Shown piece by piece: positions 28,210-37,922 of a stretch of 64,000 nucleotides of DNA. Origin of the DNA: an uncultured Candidatus Saccharibacteria bacterium (GTDB lineage: Bacteria; Patescibacteriota; Minisyncoccia; Phycocordibacterales; CSBR16-119). A model generated the notes under the pieces. The model was not told where the DNA came from, made no database searches, and saw only the letters and a list, made by a program, of their open reading frames with translations. Numbering within the stretch: position 1 is the stretch's first letter; the number at the start of each line of letters is the position of its first letter. The DNA lies in contig CAZBAG010000001.1 of the NCBI GenBank assembly GCA_964490365.1, positions 129,512 to 193,511 of the forward strand, in the 5' to 3' direction. A program made the position numbers and the translations under genes.

Positions 28210-29133
28210 ATGATTTCTAAATATAAGCATAAAAATATCACGTGGATTGATATTGAAAAACCGACGCGAAATGAGATTATTGAAATAACTCCAGACTATA
28301 AAATCCCTAAGGTTGCAAGCGAAGAACTCCTCACTGAAACACTCAAATCTAAGGTTGATTTTTACGAAAAAGAAGAGGTAATTTACTTGGTACTTCATTT
28401 CCCTTTCTTTGATAAAAAAGAAAAAATAGTTATAGAAAAAGAGATTGATTTTCTTATTGGAAAGAATTTTTTGATTACCACTCACTACCAAGAGATAGAT
28501 TCGTTCCACACATTTGGAAGAATTTTTGAAGATAGTAGTATTCTTGAAACAAACAAAATTGGAGAAAATCCTGGGTTTTTATTTGTCTACATTCTAAAAC
28601 AACTCTATAAAACACTCGACAATGAACTTGACGGCATCGGTGTGAACCTCGAGAAAATCGAAAGTGATATTTTTGACAGCAAAGAACGAGATGCCGTAAA
28701 CAGTATTTCATATGTAAACAGAAAAATTATTCGTTTTAAAAAGGCGCTCAGTTTCCATGGCGATATCATAAAATCAGTTGAACCAATTGGCGCCGAGATG
28801 TTTGGTAGTGGTTTTTCATTTAACATGAGCATGATTGTCAGTGAATACAACAAAGTAAACAGCACTGTTGCTTGGTATAAAGAAATCTTAAACGATATGC
28901 GTGACACCAACAACACACTTCTTACGACAAAAACAAATGAGACAATTAAAACACTTACGATCATCAACTTTATCATGTTGCCTATTGCTTTGATCACGCA
29001 AGTCTTTGGTATGAACGTAAATGATGAGATCGTTCTCATTCAAACATTGCCTGACTTTTTTGTAGTTATTGGCACGATGATCCTCACGGGCCTCATTATG
29101 TTTGTGTATTTCAAAGGTAAGAAATGGCTGTAG
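28210..29133 (+). CDS. corA: CorA family divalent cation transporter
   Basis: WIDI, two C-terminal TMs with FGMN. Confidence 0.92.
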   Translation: MISKYKHKNITWIDIEKPTRNEIIEITPDYKIPKVASEELLTETLKSKVDFYEKEEVIYLVLHFPFFDKKEKIVIEKEIDFLIGKNFLITTHYQEIDSFHTFGRIFEDSSILETNKIGENPGFLFVYILKQLYKTLDNELDGIGVNLEKIESDIFDSKERDAVNSISYVNRKIIRFKKALSFHGDIIKSVEPIGAEMFGSGFSFNMSMIVSEYNKVNSTVAWYKEILNDMRDTNNTLLTTKTNETIKTLTIINFIMLPIALITQVFGMNVNDEIVLIQTLPDFFVVIGTMILTGLIMFVYFKGKKWL

Positions 29134-29148
29134 TGAACAAACCTATAT

Positions 29149-30498
29149 ATGTTGAAACTTTTTAATTCCCTCACGAAAAAAGAAGAGATTTTTAAACCAA
29201 TTAAGCAGGGTCATGTTGGGCTCTATTCTTGTGGACCAACAGTCTACAACTATCCACATATTGGAAACTATCGAGCGTTTATCTTTGCTGACATACTTAA
29301 ACGATATTTTGAATACTCTGGATACGACGTGATGCATATCATGAATATCACCGATGTGGATGACAAAACTATTCGTGACTCAAACGCTCGTGGAGAAAGC
29401 TTGCTCGACTTCACAGAACACTACACAAAAGAATTTAACAAAGAGCTTGGGAAATTAAATATCAAACCCGTAACAAAACAACCAAAAGCAACCGACCACA
29501 TTAAGGAAATGGTTGCTATGACAGAAGAACTTCTTAGGAAAGATATTGCGTACAAAGGAGACGACGGCTCTATTTATTTTGATATTGCAGAATATAAAGA
29601 CTACGGAAAACTTTCTGGACTTGATCTGAAAGCTATCCAACAACACTCACAAAGTCGAATCAAAAAAGACGAATACGACAAAGAACATGCTGAAGATTTC
29701 GCACTTTGGAAAGCATGGGACGAGAGTGATGGTGACGTGTATTGGGACACACCACTTGGTCGTGGACGACCTGGTTGGCATATTGAATGTTCAGCGATGT
29801 CAACAAAATATTTAGGAAATCATTTTGATGTACACACTGGCGGAGTTGACCTCACCTTCCCTCACCATGAAAACGAAATTGCTCAGTCTGAATGTGCCTC
29901 AGGCGAACATTTTGTAAACTACTGGCTTCACAACGAGCATCTTCTTATTAATGGTAAAAAAATGTCGAAGTCGTTAAAAAATGATTACCGATTAAGTGAC
30001 CTTGAAGAACGAGGCTTTTCGGGAATTGACTATCGATACTGGCTTCTTCAAGCAAACTACCGAACGATTGTGAACTTTACGTGGGAAGGACTCGAATCTG
30101 CAAAATCAGCACTCAAAAAGCTAAAAGTGTTTGTGCTTTCTCTGGATCATCAGGGTTCTATCGCCCATACATATAAAAAAGATTTTGAGGAAGCAATGAA
30201 TGACAATCTTAACACTAGTGAAGCATTGGGCGTGCTTTGGAAACTTGTAAAAGATGAAACTGTTTCAAACGCTGATAAAAAAGCAACGCTCCTTCATTTT
30301 GACGAAGTGTTTGGACTTGGTATGAAGCACTGGAAAAAAGATGAAATTCCTGCAGAAATAATCAAGCTCGTACAAGACCGCGAACATGCACGCAAAGCAA
30401 AAGACTGGAGCGCCGGAGACCACGCACGAAGTGTTATCCAAAACCTAGGATACGATATAAAAGATACACCAGAAGGAACAGAGATTTTTAAGTTATAA
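29149..30498 (+). CDS. cysS: Cysteine-tRNA ligase
   Basis: CGPTVY..HIGN, GRPGWHIEC, KMSKS. Confidence 0.97.
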   Translation: MLKLFNSLTKKEEIFKPIKQGHVGLYSCGPTVYNYPHIGNYRAFIFADILKRYFEYSGYDVMHIMNITDVDDKTIRDSNARGESLLDFTEHYTKEFNKELGKLNIKPVTKQPKATDHIKEMVAMTEELLRKDIAYKGDDGSIYFDIAEYKDYGKLSGLDLKAIQQHSQSRIKKDEYDKEHAEDFALWKAWDESDGDVYWDTPLGRGRPGWHIECSAMSTKYLGNHFDVHTGGVDLTFPHHENEIAQSECASGEHFVNYWLHNEHLLINGKKMSKSLKNDYRLSDLEERGFSGIDYRYWLLQANYRTIVNFTWEGLESAKSALKKLKVFVLSLDHQGSIAHTYKKDFEEAMNDNLNTSEALGVLWKLVKDETVSNADKKATLLHFDEVFGLGMKHWKKDEIPAEIIKLVQDREHARKAKDWSAGDHARSVIQNLGYDIKDTPEGTEIFKL

Positions 30499-30504
30499 AC
30501 GTAT

Positions 30505-31173
30505 ATGAAGCACAGAGATAAAATTATCTTAATCATCGAGGATATTTTAGCGCTCATAACGCTTATTTCTCTTATAGTAATAGCTTTTGAAACCATTCCA
30601 AGTGCAAAAGAATACTTACCACTCTTTCAAACTATCGAATACATTGTCGTTGCCATCTTTACCCTAGAATACATAACCAGAATCATGACGGCAAAAAACC
30701 CGTTTGCCTACATATTTAGTTTCTATGGAGTTGTCGATCTTATTTCTGTTTTACCAACACTCGTTGGTGCGGGCGGATTTGTATACCTCAAATCACTTCG
30801 TATTATCCGAATATCACGGTCACTCCGAATGCTTCGAGTATTTAAATTTGCAGAAGTAGCAGACGACATCAACGCACGAGAAAAAAAGGAACGAGAGATT
30901 GGATTTTTCTTCTACCTACAATCACTTGTTATTTTTACCGTCATTTTTGGAGTACTCATGTATATCGTTGAATTCAACCACTACGCTCTTATAACACTTC
31001 CCGACAGCTTGCTGTGGGCTCTAACACTTCTTGTGGGGATGACACCGGTTATAGAGCCGACCATGCTCGTAGGCGAAGCAATTAAAATTGGAGCCATGGT
31101 TGCCGGCTTTATGTTGTTTGGAGTTTTGGTGTATATTGTTAGAAACGTTATAGCAAACAAATTTACACGATAA
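30505..31173 (+). CDS. Ion transporter, 6TM voltage-gated-channel-like
   Basis: FTLEYITRI, S4-like LRIIRISRSLRMLRVFK; no TVGYG filter. Confidence 0.8.
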   Translation: MKHRDKIILIIEDILALITLISLIVIAFETIPSAKEYLPLFQTIEYIVVAIFTLEYITRIMTAKNPFAYIFSFYGVVDLISVLPTLVGAGGFVYLKSLRIIRISRSLRMLRVFKFAEVADDINAREKKEREIGFFFYLQSLVIFTVIFGVLMYIVEFNHYALITLPDSLLWALTLLVGMTPVIEPTMLVGEAIKIGAMVAGFMLFGVLVYIVRNVIANKFTR

Positions 31174-31183
31174 CTTAACTACT

Positions 31184-31552
31184 ATGGAACAATCACCACA
31201 CATACCAAATGAACTTGAGCAAAAAATACTTTCTACAAAAGAACTACTTACCTTTGAGGAATTTTGTGGCAACAGGTCTGCCGATCTAACAGTAGTAAGT
31301 GGTTTTTATGGTTTGTTTATTAAAGAATCAATGATGTCTGACATTATTCGTGGGCAAGATTTCTTTGTACGATTTCAGAATGAAAATAAAGAACTTGAAG
31401 CATCCCTCACCAAAAGAATTTCAGAGTGGTCAGAAAATGAGAATAAGAGCACAAACGCTATACCAGAAGATATGCTCGAAGATCTCTACAAAGCATATAC
31501 AATTATGCTTGCCTACGATGAAGTAACAACAAACAGTGATCTACTGAAATAA
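31184..31552 (+). CDS. Hypothetical protein
   Basis: 122 aa ORF in operon position; terminator 31551-31577. Confidence 0.65.
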   Translation: MEQSPHIPNELEQKILSTKELLTFEEFCGNRSADLTVVSGFYGLFIKESMMSDIIRGQDFFVRFQNENKELEASLTKRISEWSENENKSTNAIPEDMLEDLYKAYTIMLAYDEVTTNSDLLK

Positions 31553-31579
31553 AAGCCTCGCATATGTGAGGCTTTTATT

Positions 31580-32464
31580 TTATAGTCCACTTTCTTTTAG
31601 TTGTTCAATAAGTTTCTTTTGCTCTTTGTTTAATTTTTCTGGAATATCAAGATGCACAATAATGATAAGATCTCCTTTGTGAAATGCTCCACCCGGCACA
31701 CCTTTTCCGCGCACACGAAGCATTTGTCCATGATTAATTCCCTTTGGGATTTTTACACCGACTTTTCCATCAACAGTATCTACGTCATAGGTTGCACCTA
31801 AAATACTGTCTGTGAGCTTTATCGACAAATCAGTAATCAAATTCATGCCCTCTTTACGGAGCGTTTTGTGTTTTTCAACAGACACTCTGATAAGCAAATC
31901 CCCTGCTTGTCCATCTTCTACTGGTTCACCATAACCTTGGACTTTCAAACTTTGACCATGTTCAATACCGGGTGGAAAATTTATTTCAATTTCCTTCTTT
32001 TGCTTATACATTGCACTTTCTGTCGGCACGCTAAACTTTTCAGTGAATCCTAGAATAGATTCTTTGAATGTTATATTTGTAGTGAGAGTAATATTTCTCC
32101 CTTTTCGTATTCGCTGACCAAAAGGGTTGAACCCGCCACTACCAGTGAATGCTCCAAAAATGTCGTTGAGGTCAAATTCAAAATCTCCGCCTTGTCCACC
32201 AAAACCAGAGAAGTCGAAACCGCCAAAGCCTTGCCCTCCTTGGCCACCAAAGTTTGGTCCAGCACTTCCAAAACGATCGTATTGAGCACGCTTTGTGTCG
32301 TCAGAGAGCGTTTGGTAGGCTTCGTTTATTTCCTTGAACTTAGCTTCGTCTCCTGTCTTTTTATCTGGGTGATGTTCATGTGCAAGTTTACGAAAAGCCT
32401 TTTTAAGCTCGTCTTTTGACGCACCTTTTTCAACTCCTAGAATTTTGTAATAGTCTTTTGACAT
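31580..32464 (-). CDS. dnaJ: DnaJ chaperone lacking the zinc-finger domain
   Basis: J domain with HPD, G/F region, C-terminal domain; no CxxCxGxG; near dnaK. Confidence 0.9.
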   Translation of the reverse strand: MSKDYYKILGVEKGASKDELKKAFRKLAHEHHPDKKTGDEAKFKEINEAYQTLSDDTKRAQYDRFGSAGPNFGGQGGQGFGGFDFSGFGGQGGDFEFDLNDIFGAFTGSGGFNPFGQRIRKGRNITLTTNITFKESILGFTEKFSVPTESAMYKQKKEIEINFPPGIEHGQSLKVQGYGEPVEDGQAGDLLIRVSVEKHKTLRKEGMNLITDLSIKLTDSILGATYDVDTVDGKVGVKIPKGINHGQMLRVRGKGVPGGAFHKGDLIIIVHLDIPEKLNKEQKKLIEQLKESGL

Positions 32465-32486
32465 TTTTTAATCTATAATTTTACCC

Positions 32487-32750
32487 ATGGAACACACACT
32501 AGGGACAATACTTTTAATTGCAAGTTTGGGTGTGGTTTTTATTGCTTTCCCTTCTCAAATTTATAAGAACTGGAAAACAAAAAGTTTTGGGATATCTCTT
32601 ACACTGGTTGGTTTTGGTATTTTAATTTACTTAACCAGAATTCCTTACACCTTTCTCAGATCAGATTATTATATCTTAATCCCAGACATTATTGGATTGA
32701 TACTGCATATAATTTTAATCTATCAATTTTTCTTATACCGAAACAAATAG
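32487..32750 (+). CDS. SemiSWEET/PQ-loop-like three-TM protein
   Basis: FPSQIYKNWKTKSFGIS; 87 aa. Confidence 0.7.
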   Translation: MEHTLGTILLIASLGVVFIAFPSQIYKNWKTKSFGISLTLVGFGILIYLTRIPYTFLRSDYYILIPDIIGLILHIILIYQFFLYRNK

Positions 32751-32755
32751 TTTTC

Positions 32756-32894
32756 GACCCTACACGAGAACACCGTTTCAAAAATACTAGTATGTTGCTT
32801 TAGAAAATGATGCTGTTTGAGGAAAGTAATGACTTTCCAAGTTCATAATTTTCTCAGCTAAACATTTAGTATTTTTAGGTGTGGAGTGTGGGTC
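32756..32894. repeat. Long imperfect palindrome (139-nt hairpin)
   Basis: Nested arms gaccctacac/gtgtgggtc, acacc/ggtgt, aaaaatacta/tagtattttt, agaaaat/attttct, ggaaagt/actttcc. Confidence 0.8.
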
Positions 32895-32938
32895 TAGAGT
32901 TTTTGTTACTTTTTTGTCATGAAAAAAGTAAATTAAAA

Positions 32939-34825
32939 CTATTTATTTTCTACCTCAGCATCAATAGTACCATCTTTATTCTCTTGCGCAGCAGATGCTG
33001 GATTAGCTTCGGCTGATTTTGCCATCGCTTCGTGAATCTTTTGCATTTCTGTTGCAAGTTCTTCTGATGCAGATTTAATCGCTGCTCCACCATCAGTGTG
33101 TTCTGGAAGCTCTTTTACAGACTTTAATTTAGCAACCTTTTCCTCTACAGATTTCTTCACATCTTCTGGAACTTTTCCTTCTGAATCTTTGATTGCTTTC
33201 TCAGCAGTAAACAGTGTCATCTCAGCATTGTTTTTAATATCAGCTAGATCTTTCTTTTGCTTGTCTGTTTCTGCATTTAACTCTGCGTCTTTTTGCATTT
33301 TCTTAATCTCTTCATCGGTAAGACCAGAAGACGCTTCAATACGAATTGATTGTTCTTTTCCGGACGTCTTATCTTTTGCTTTTACATTTAAGATTCCGTT
33401 TGCGTCGATATCAAACGTTACCTCAACTTGTGGCACACCTCGTGGTGCAGGTGGAATTCCTTCCAAGACAAATCGTCCGAGAGATTTGTTGTCTCCTGCC
33501 ATCGGCCTCTCACCTTGCACGATATGAATTTCCGTTGATGTTTGATTATCTGCTGCTGTTGAGAAGACTTGAGACTTACTCGCTGGAATAGTCGTATTCT
33601 TTTCGATAAGTTTTGTTGCTACACCACCGAGTGTTTCAATACCAAGAGACAATGGGATAACGTCGAGAAGAAGTACGTCTTTCACATCTCCTTGAAGTAC
33701 TCCTCCTTGAATCGCAGCACCAAGCGCCACCACTTCGTCTGGGTTCACTGAAAGGTTTGCTTTTTTGCCAAAGAATTTTTCTACCGCTTCTTGCATTGCT
33801 GGCATACGAGTTTGTCCCCCAACCAAAATCACTTCATTGATTTCGTTAATCTTAAATGGAGACGCTTCTACGGCTCGCTTGGTAATCATAAGAGCTCGGT
33901 CGATAAACTCACGAGTGATCTCTTCAAGTTCTGCTCGCTTCATAGTGCGAACAAGGTGCAGTGGTCCTGCTTCGCCAGACGTTACGAATGGAATATTGAT
34001 TTCTGATTGAATAGCTGTTGAAAGCTCAATTTTTGCTTTTTCTGCAGCGTCGTCGAGACGTTGTTTTGCCAGGGCATCTTTTCGTAGATCAATACCATTT
34101 TCTTGTTGGAAACCATCCGCCAACCAATCCATGATCTTTTGGTCGATATCTTTACCTCCCAAGTGAGCATCTCCGTCTGTTGATTTTACTTCAATAGTAT
34201 CTTCAGAAACTTCAAGAATAGAAACGTCAAAGGTTCCACCTCCGAAGTCGAAAACTGCAACTTTTTCATCTTTCTTTTTGTTAAATCCGTATGCAAGAGC
34301 TGCTGCTGTTGGTTCGTTAATGATTCGTTTTACATCAAGACCTGCTATTTTACCTGCGTCTTTTGTTGCTTGTCGTTGCGCGTCGTTGAAATACGCTGGC
34401 ACGGTGATGACCGCTTCGGTTACTTTCGCACCAATTTTCGCTTCTACGTCAGCTTTAATCTTTTGCAAGATCATTGCAGAGATTTCCTCTGGTCGCTTCC
34501 AGTCTTCACCGAGTTTTACTTCAATACCACCGTTAGCACCTTTTCGAGTTTCAAATGGCACTGCTTTGATATCTTTTTGCACTTCTGGTTCGTCGAAGTT
34601 GTGACCAATGAATCGTTTGATTTGATAAATGGTGTTTTTTGGATTGGTGATTGATTGTCGTTTTGCGGTAACACCCACCATAATGTCTCCATTCTTCGCA
34701 AGCGCAAGAATGGAAGGCGTTGTTCGCATACCTTCTGCGTTTTCAATAATCTTTGGTTGACCACCTTCGATGATGGCAACCGCTGAGTTTGTTGTTCCAA
34801 GATCAATACCTATAATTTTACTCAT
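32939..34825 (-). CDS. dnaK: Chaperone DnaK
   Basis: [27 protein letters not shown]. Confidence 0.98.
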   Translation of the reverse strand: MSKIIGIDLGTTNSAVAIIEGGQPKIIENAEGMRTTPSILALAKNGDIMVGVTAKRQSITNPKNTIYQIKRFIGHNFDEPEVQKDIKAVPFETRKGANGGIEVKLGEDWKRPEEISAMILQKIKADVEAKIGAKVTEAVITVPAYFNDAQRQATKDAGKIAGLDVKRIINEPTAAALAYGFNKKKDEKVAVFDFGGGTFDVSILEVSEDTIEVKSTDGDAHLGGKDIDQKIMDWLADGFQQENGIDLRKDALAKQRLDDAAEKAKIELSTAIQSEINIPFVTSGEAGPLHLVRTMKRAELEEITREFIDRALMITKRAVEASPFKINEINEVILVGGQTRMPAMQEAVEKFFGKKANLSVNPDEVVALGAAIQGGVLQGDVKDVLLLDVIPLSLGIETLGGVATKLIEKNTTIPASKSQVFSTAADNQTSTEIHIVQGERPMAGDNKSLGRFVLEGIPPAPRGVPQVEVTFDIDANGILNVKAKDKTSGKEQSIRIEASSGLTDEEIKKMQKDAELNAETDKQKKDLADIKNNAEMTLFTAEKAIKDSEGKVPEDVKKSVEEKVAKLKSVKELPEHTDGGAAIKSASEELATEMQKIHEAMAKSAEANPASAAQENKDGTIDAEVENK

Positions 34826-34870
34826 ATAAATTTAAATTGTTATTTAATAATGTTTTGAAATACTCCAATT

Positions 34871-34958
34871 ATATTTTCTAGCGAGAACGCAGGAAAATTT
34901 ATTTTCATGATGTCCGAGTGACGAAAATATATGAGACGAACGCAGTGAGTGCTCTTAT
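34871..34958. repeat. Structured dispersed repeat, copy 2
   Basis: Aligns with 12701-12789 with compensatory stem changes. Confidence 0.8.
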
Positions 34959-35003
34959 TTTAGACATATATTTTTTATTATTACTTTATAGTTTTTAAAT
35001 ATT

Positions 35004-35234
35004 TTATTTAATAAAAACTGACACAATTGTTGCAACTACTTGTGCCACCCCAACAAAGACCAAAGCACGGGTTAGCCTTCTCATCGCCAAAGAACCCTTA
35101 TCTGCAGAAGCAATCGCACCTCTTGTTATATTTGTGTAATCTTTTAATTGATAACCGAGTGTCTTCATTTCATCTGCAATTCTATTAAAACTTAAGTTGT
35201 GCATGATTGCCCGGTCGTCTTCTTTTGTAAACAT
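35004..35234 (-). CDS. Small hypothetical protein with C-terminal TM
   Basis: 76 aa, lies between grpE and dnaK. Confidence 0.55.
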   Translation of the reverse strand: MFTKEDDRAIMHNLSFNRIADEMKTLGYQLKDYTNITRGAIASADKGSLAMRRLTRALVFVGVAQVVATIVSVFIK

Positions 35235-35245
35235 ATATTTTATCT

Positions 35246-35818
35246 TTACTTAGTAATAAATATCTTTACTTTTGCTGGACGGATAACACTTTTCGCACCC
35301 TTGTATCCTTTTTGGATAACTTCAGAAACGCTGTGGTCTTTACTTGTATCGTCTGTTGCTATTTCTTCTACTGCCGTGTGAATATCTGGATTAAACTTTT
35401 CTCCCACTTTACCTATAACCTCTATTTGGTTATTCGCAAGAATACTTGTAAGTTGGATATAAATATATTCGATACCTTTCCGCCAGTTTTCATTTACCGA
35501 TTCCCACGTCTCTTTGTTCTTCATCGCCATATCAAACGAATCAAGCACCGGCAGCAATTCTTCTATGAAGCCTTCGAGAACATATCCTTTCAATTCTTTT
35601 ACTTGTTCTCCTGAATCTTTTTTTAGGTTTGCATAGTCAGCGAGAGCGCGTTGCCAACCGTCCATATGTTCAGCTGCTTTCTTTTGAGTTTGTTTAAGCT
35701 CTTCTTTAAGCTTCTTGAGTTTATCTTTTTCTGTGGCGCCAAATTCTTCAAACTCTACGTCAGCATCTTCATCGTGCTCTAGCAATACTTCGTCTTCATT
35801 GTTATCACTTTTTATCAT
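35246..35818 (-). CDS. grpE: Nucleotide exchange factor GrpE
   Basis: RALADYAN, LLPVLDSF, FNPDIHTAV, QKGY, IRPAKV. Confidence 0.96.
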   Translation of the reverse strand: MIKSDNNEDEVLLEHDEDADVEFEEFGATEKDKLKKLKEELKQTQKKAAEHMDGWQRALADYANLKKDSGEQVKELKGYVLEGFIEELLPVLDSFDMAMKNKETWESVNENWRKGIEYIYIQLTSILANNQIEVIGKVGEKFNPDIHTAVEEIATDDTSKDHSVSEVIQKGYKGAKSVIRPAKVKIFITK

Positions 35819-35882
35819 AGATTTTCTTCGCTTTCGCGTGATTAATTAAATTTATAACTTGATTATATAAACTTATTTAAAT

Positions 35883-35920
35883 TTTGACAAGTTTTTTATG
35901 CTCGTAAAATACTTGTCAAA
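35883..35920. promoter_or_regulatory. Inverted repeat, candidate operator in the divergent grpE / regulator intergenic region
   Basis: TTTGACAAGT-N18-ACTTGTCAAA. Confidence 0.5.
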
Positions 35921-35949
35921 TATTATAAGAATCTGCTAAAATATTGTCA

Positions 35950-36474
35950 ATGGCGAAAGTAAACAAAATCCAAGAAAAAATCCTTGAATTCCTAAACGGC
36001 AAAAAAGCCTCAGAAAAGAGTGTTTTATTTGAAGGCGTAGAAAGTACTGAGAACAGCAAGTACGCCCTTTCTAGGACGCTTAAAGGCCTTAAAGAGGGTG
36101 GTTTAGTGGAGGAAATAGAAACAGAACGATCGGCTTTCTACAAAATAACCCCTGAGGGACGAAACAAGCTCAGAAATATCCGCCTGTCTTCCCCAACAAG
36201 CTTGGTGTCTACAAACTGGGATGGTTTTTGGAGAATCGTGATCCTCGACCTTCCAGAAGATCGAAAAAGTGAAAGAAATTCCCTGCGCTATATTTTAAAA
36301 AAGGCGGGGTTTGTGTGTCTCAAAAATTCAGTTTGGTTTTCACCTTACCCGCTCGAACATTTGTTTATGAATATTAAAAAAGATATGGGACTCGGTGATG
36401 AATTGATTATTCTTGTCACACAATATATCGACCCAATTTCTGAAGAAAAGCTATTAGAGGTTTTTAAAGGGTAG
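35950..36474 (+). CDS. PaaX-like transcriptional regulator (winged HTH plus Cas2-like ferredoxin domain)
   Basis: YKITPEG wing, WDGFWRIVILDLPE, GFVCLKNSVW. Confidence 0.8.
   Translation: MAKVNKIQEKILEFLNGKKASEKSVLFEGVESTENSKYALSRTLKGLKEGGLVEEIETERSAFYKITPEGRNKLRNIRLSSPTSLVSTNWDGFWRIVILDLPEDRKSERNSLRYILKKAGFVCLKNSVWFSPYPLEHLFMNIKKDMGLGDELIILVTQYIDPISEEKLLEVFKG
36422..36474 (+). repeat. Direct repeat copy 1 (regulator 3' end)
   Basis: 53 bp; matches 37101-37153 with synonymous differences only. Confidence 0.85.
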
Positions 36475-36916
36475 ATCTTTGAATAAGCTTAGATTGAATC
36501 CAATCTCTTAGATCACTTTTCACATTTTCAAAATCGGTGGCGTTAGACATCGCTACTTCAAGAGCTTTATTTGTAAGTTCATTTGCTGTTACATTCATTT
36601 CCATATCATTAATAATTAAAAAGAAAAGGAGAAAGGCAACAGATAATCTTTTATTTCCATTAGGGAATATATGACCTTTATTAATCTCATAAAATATAAA
36701 AGCTGCTTTATCTGATAATGTTGGATATAAATCTAAACCATCAAATTGAACTTTGGGCATTTCAATGACATTTTTTATTTTTGATTTATCAATTATTTTG
36801 TATGGTTCTATTGGCTCACCAATATCTAAAAACCTGTCGTAAAAGACATTGTAAATAACCCTAGCATTTTCCATGCTTATGTAATTAATTTGAGAGGATT
36901 TTTTCTCCTCGATCAT
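36464..36916 (-). CDS. Fic/Doc family toxin
   Basis: YPTLSDKAA, HIFPNGNKR motif; very AT-rich. Confidence 0.9.
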   Translation of the reverse strand: MIEEKKSSQINYISMENARVIYNVFYDRFLDIGEPIEPYKIIDKSKIKNVIEMPKVQFDGLDLYPTLSDKAAFIFYEINKGHIFPNGNKRLSVAFLLFFLIINDMEMNVTANELTNKALEVAMSNATDFENVKSDLRDWIQSKLIQRSTL

Positions 36917-37049
36917 GACGAGCTAAATCACGAAAGGTTTTTTCGTACTTTGTAAAAATCCTATTTGACTCTTTTTCAACAGAAATGACAGATGGAGACT
37001 TATCCATCTTATTGTTATTTTTTTTAAAAATAAACCAAATATTTTTCAT
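36885..37049 (-). CDS. Putative antitoxin (54 aa, not in the ORF track)
   Basis: MKNIWFIFKKNNNKMDKSPSVISVEKESNRIFTKYEKTFRDLARHDRGEKILSN overlaps the doc start; TTGACA 37082-37087 (-). Confidence 0.6.
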   Translation of the reverse strand: MKNIWFIFKKNNNKMDKSPSVISVEKESNRIFTKYEKTFRDLARHDRGEKILSN

Positions 37050-37100
37050 TAGTTAAATTATACTACTTCTTAGCAACTATTTGTCAATACAGTGTTAATA

Positions 37101-37153
37101 AATATATTGACCCAATTTCTGAAGAAAAATTATTGGAAGTTTTTAAAGGATAA
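37101..37153 (+). repeat. Direct repeat copy 2 (displaced regulator 3' end)
   Basis: Encodes YIDPISEEKLLEVFKG*; followed by terminator 37154-37184. Confidence 0.85.
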
Positions 37154-37210
37154 GAAAAAGGGCGTTCCGTTTGGAACGCCCTTTGCTTCGCTTCTAGTGA
37201 GGAGTACCGA

Positions 37211-37834
37211 TCAGTAATCTCCTTCAAACATTCTGTCGAACCGCTCATCTGCGCGTCGCTGATTATCGTCATCTTCGCGTTGCTGGTCACTTACTTCTTG
37301 CATCTGATCAGCCACCTGGTCCAGAGACATGTCATCGAGCTCAGGATCTTCCTCTTCCCAAGCCCTACTTTGTTCATGACTCCACTCAAGTTGCATGATC
37401 TTGTTCGCACGACTCTCATTGGTGATCTCATGCCGAGTCCGCTTCAATACAAAGCGAGAAATCGTTGGGATATTATTTCCCTGATCATCCCACTTCGTTG
37501 AAGAGTTTACCCGGCGAACCACGATAGTGCGAGTTCCAAAGAAGTAGAACTCATCACCTTCTCTGAAGAAGGTTGCCCACGACTCGGTATTTGAGACATG
37601 GATCATGGGTCGCGGTTCACCTCGGCGGACCCTCAGAGTATCATTGAGCATCCAATGAGAGCTCACCATGGCGATCCACCAATCACTGACATCGAGATTG
37701 ATCGGAAGGCCGGCAACTTTCTTCGGGAGCACACTATCCTCGTGTTCTGTTTCAACGACCTCTCCCGCAAAGAAGTTCTTGAGACGTCCGATCAAAAGAC
37801 CCAGCACTTTATCAGAAAGAATGATCTTCTGCAT
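37211..37834 (-). CDS. Hypothetical protein with acidic tail (cassette-type orphan)
   Basis: Leader caaaacctacgaagATG; TTGACA(37914-37919)-N17-TATATT with TG extension. Confidence 0.75.
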   Translation of the reverse strand: MQKIILSDKVLGLLIGRLKNFFAGEVVETEHEDSVLPKKVAGLPINLDVSDWWIAMVSSHWMLNDTLRVRRGEPRPMIHVSNTESWATFFREGDEFYFFGTRTIVVRRVNSSTKWDDQGNNIPTISRFVLKRTRHEITNESRANKIMQLEWSHEQSRAWEEEDPELDDMSLDQVADQMQEVSDQQREDDDNQRRADERFDRMFEGDY

Positions 37835-37922
37835 CTTCGTAGGTTTTGAGCCAAGTTTCCTCGGCGGTTTGTACTTATTTTCTTAACTATAATATAGCAT
37901 ATTTAATGCTATATGTCAATAC

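Noticed and set aside
34946-34958. CIRCE element upstream of dnaK
   Set aside because: Only a GAGTGCT half-site, which belongs to the dispersed repeat also found at 12701-12789
35950-36474. Cas2 / CRISPR-Cas locus
   Set aside because: The Cas2-like fold is part of a PaaX-type regulator; no cas1, no effector genes and no repeat-spacer array in the window
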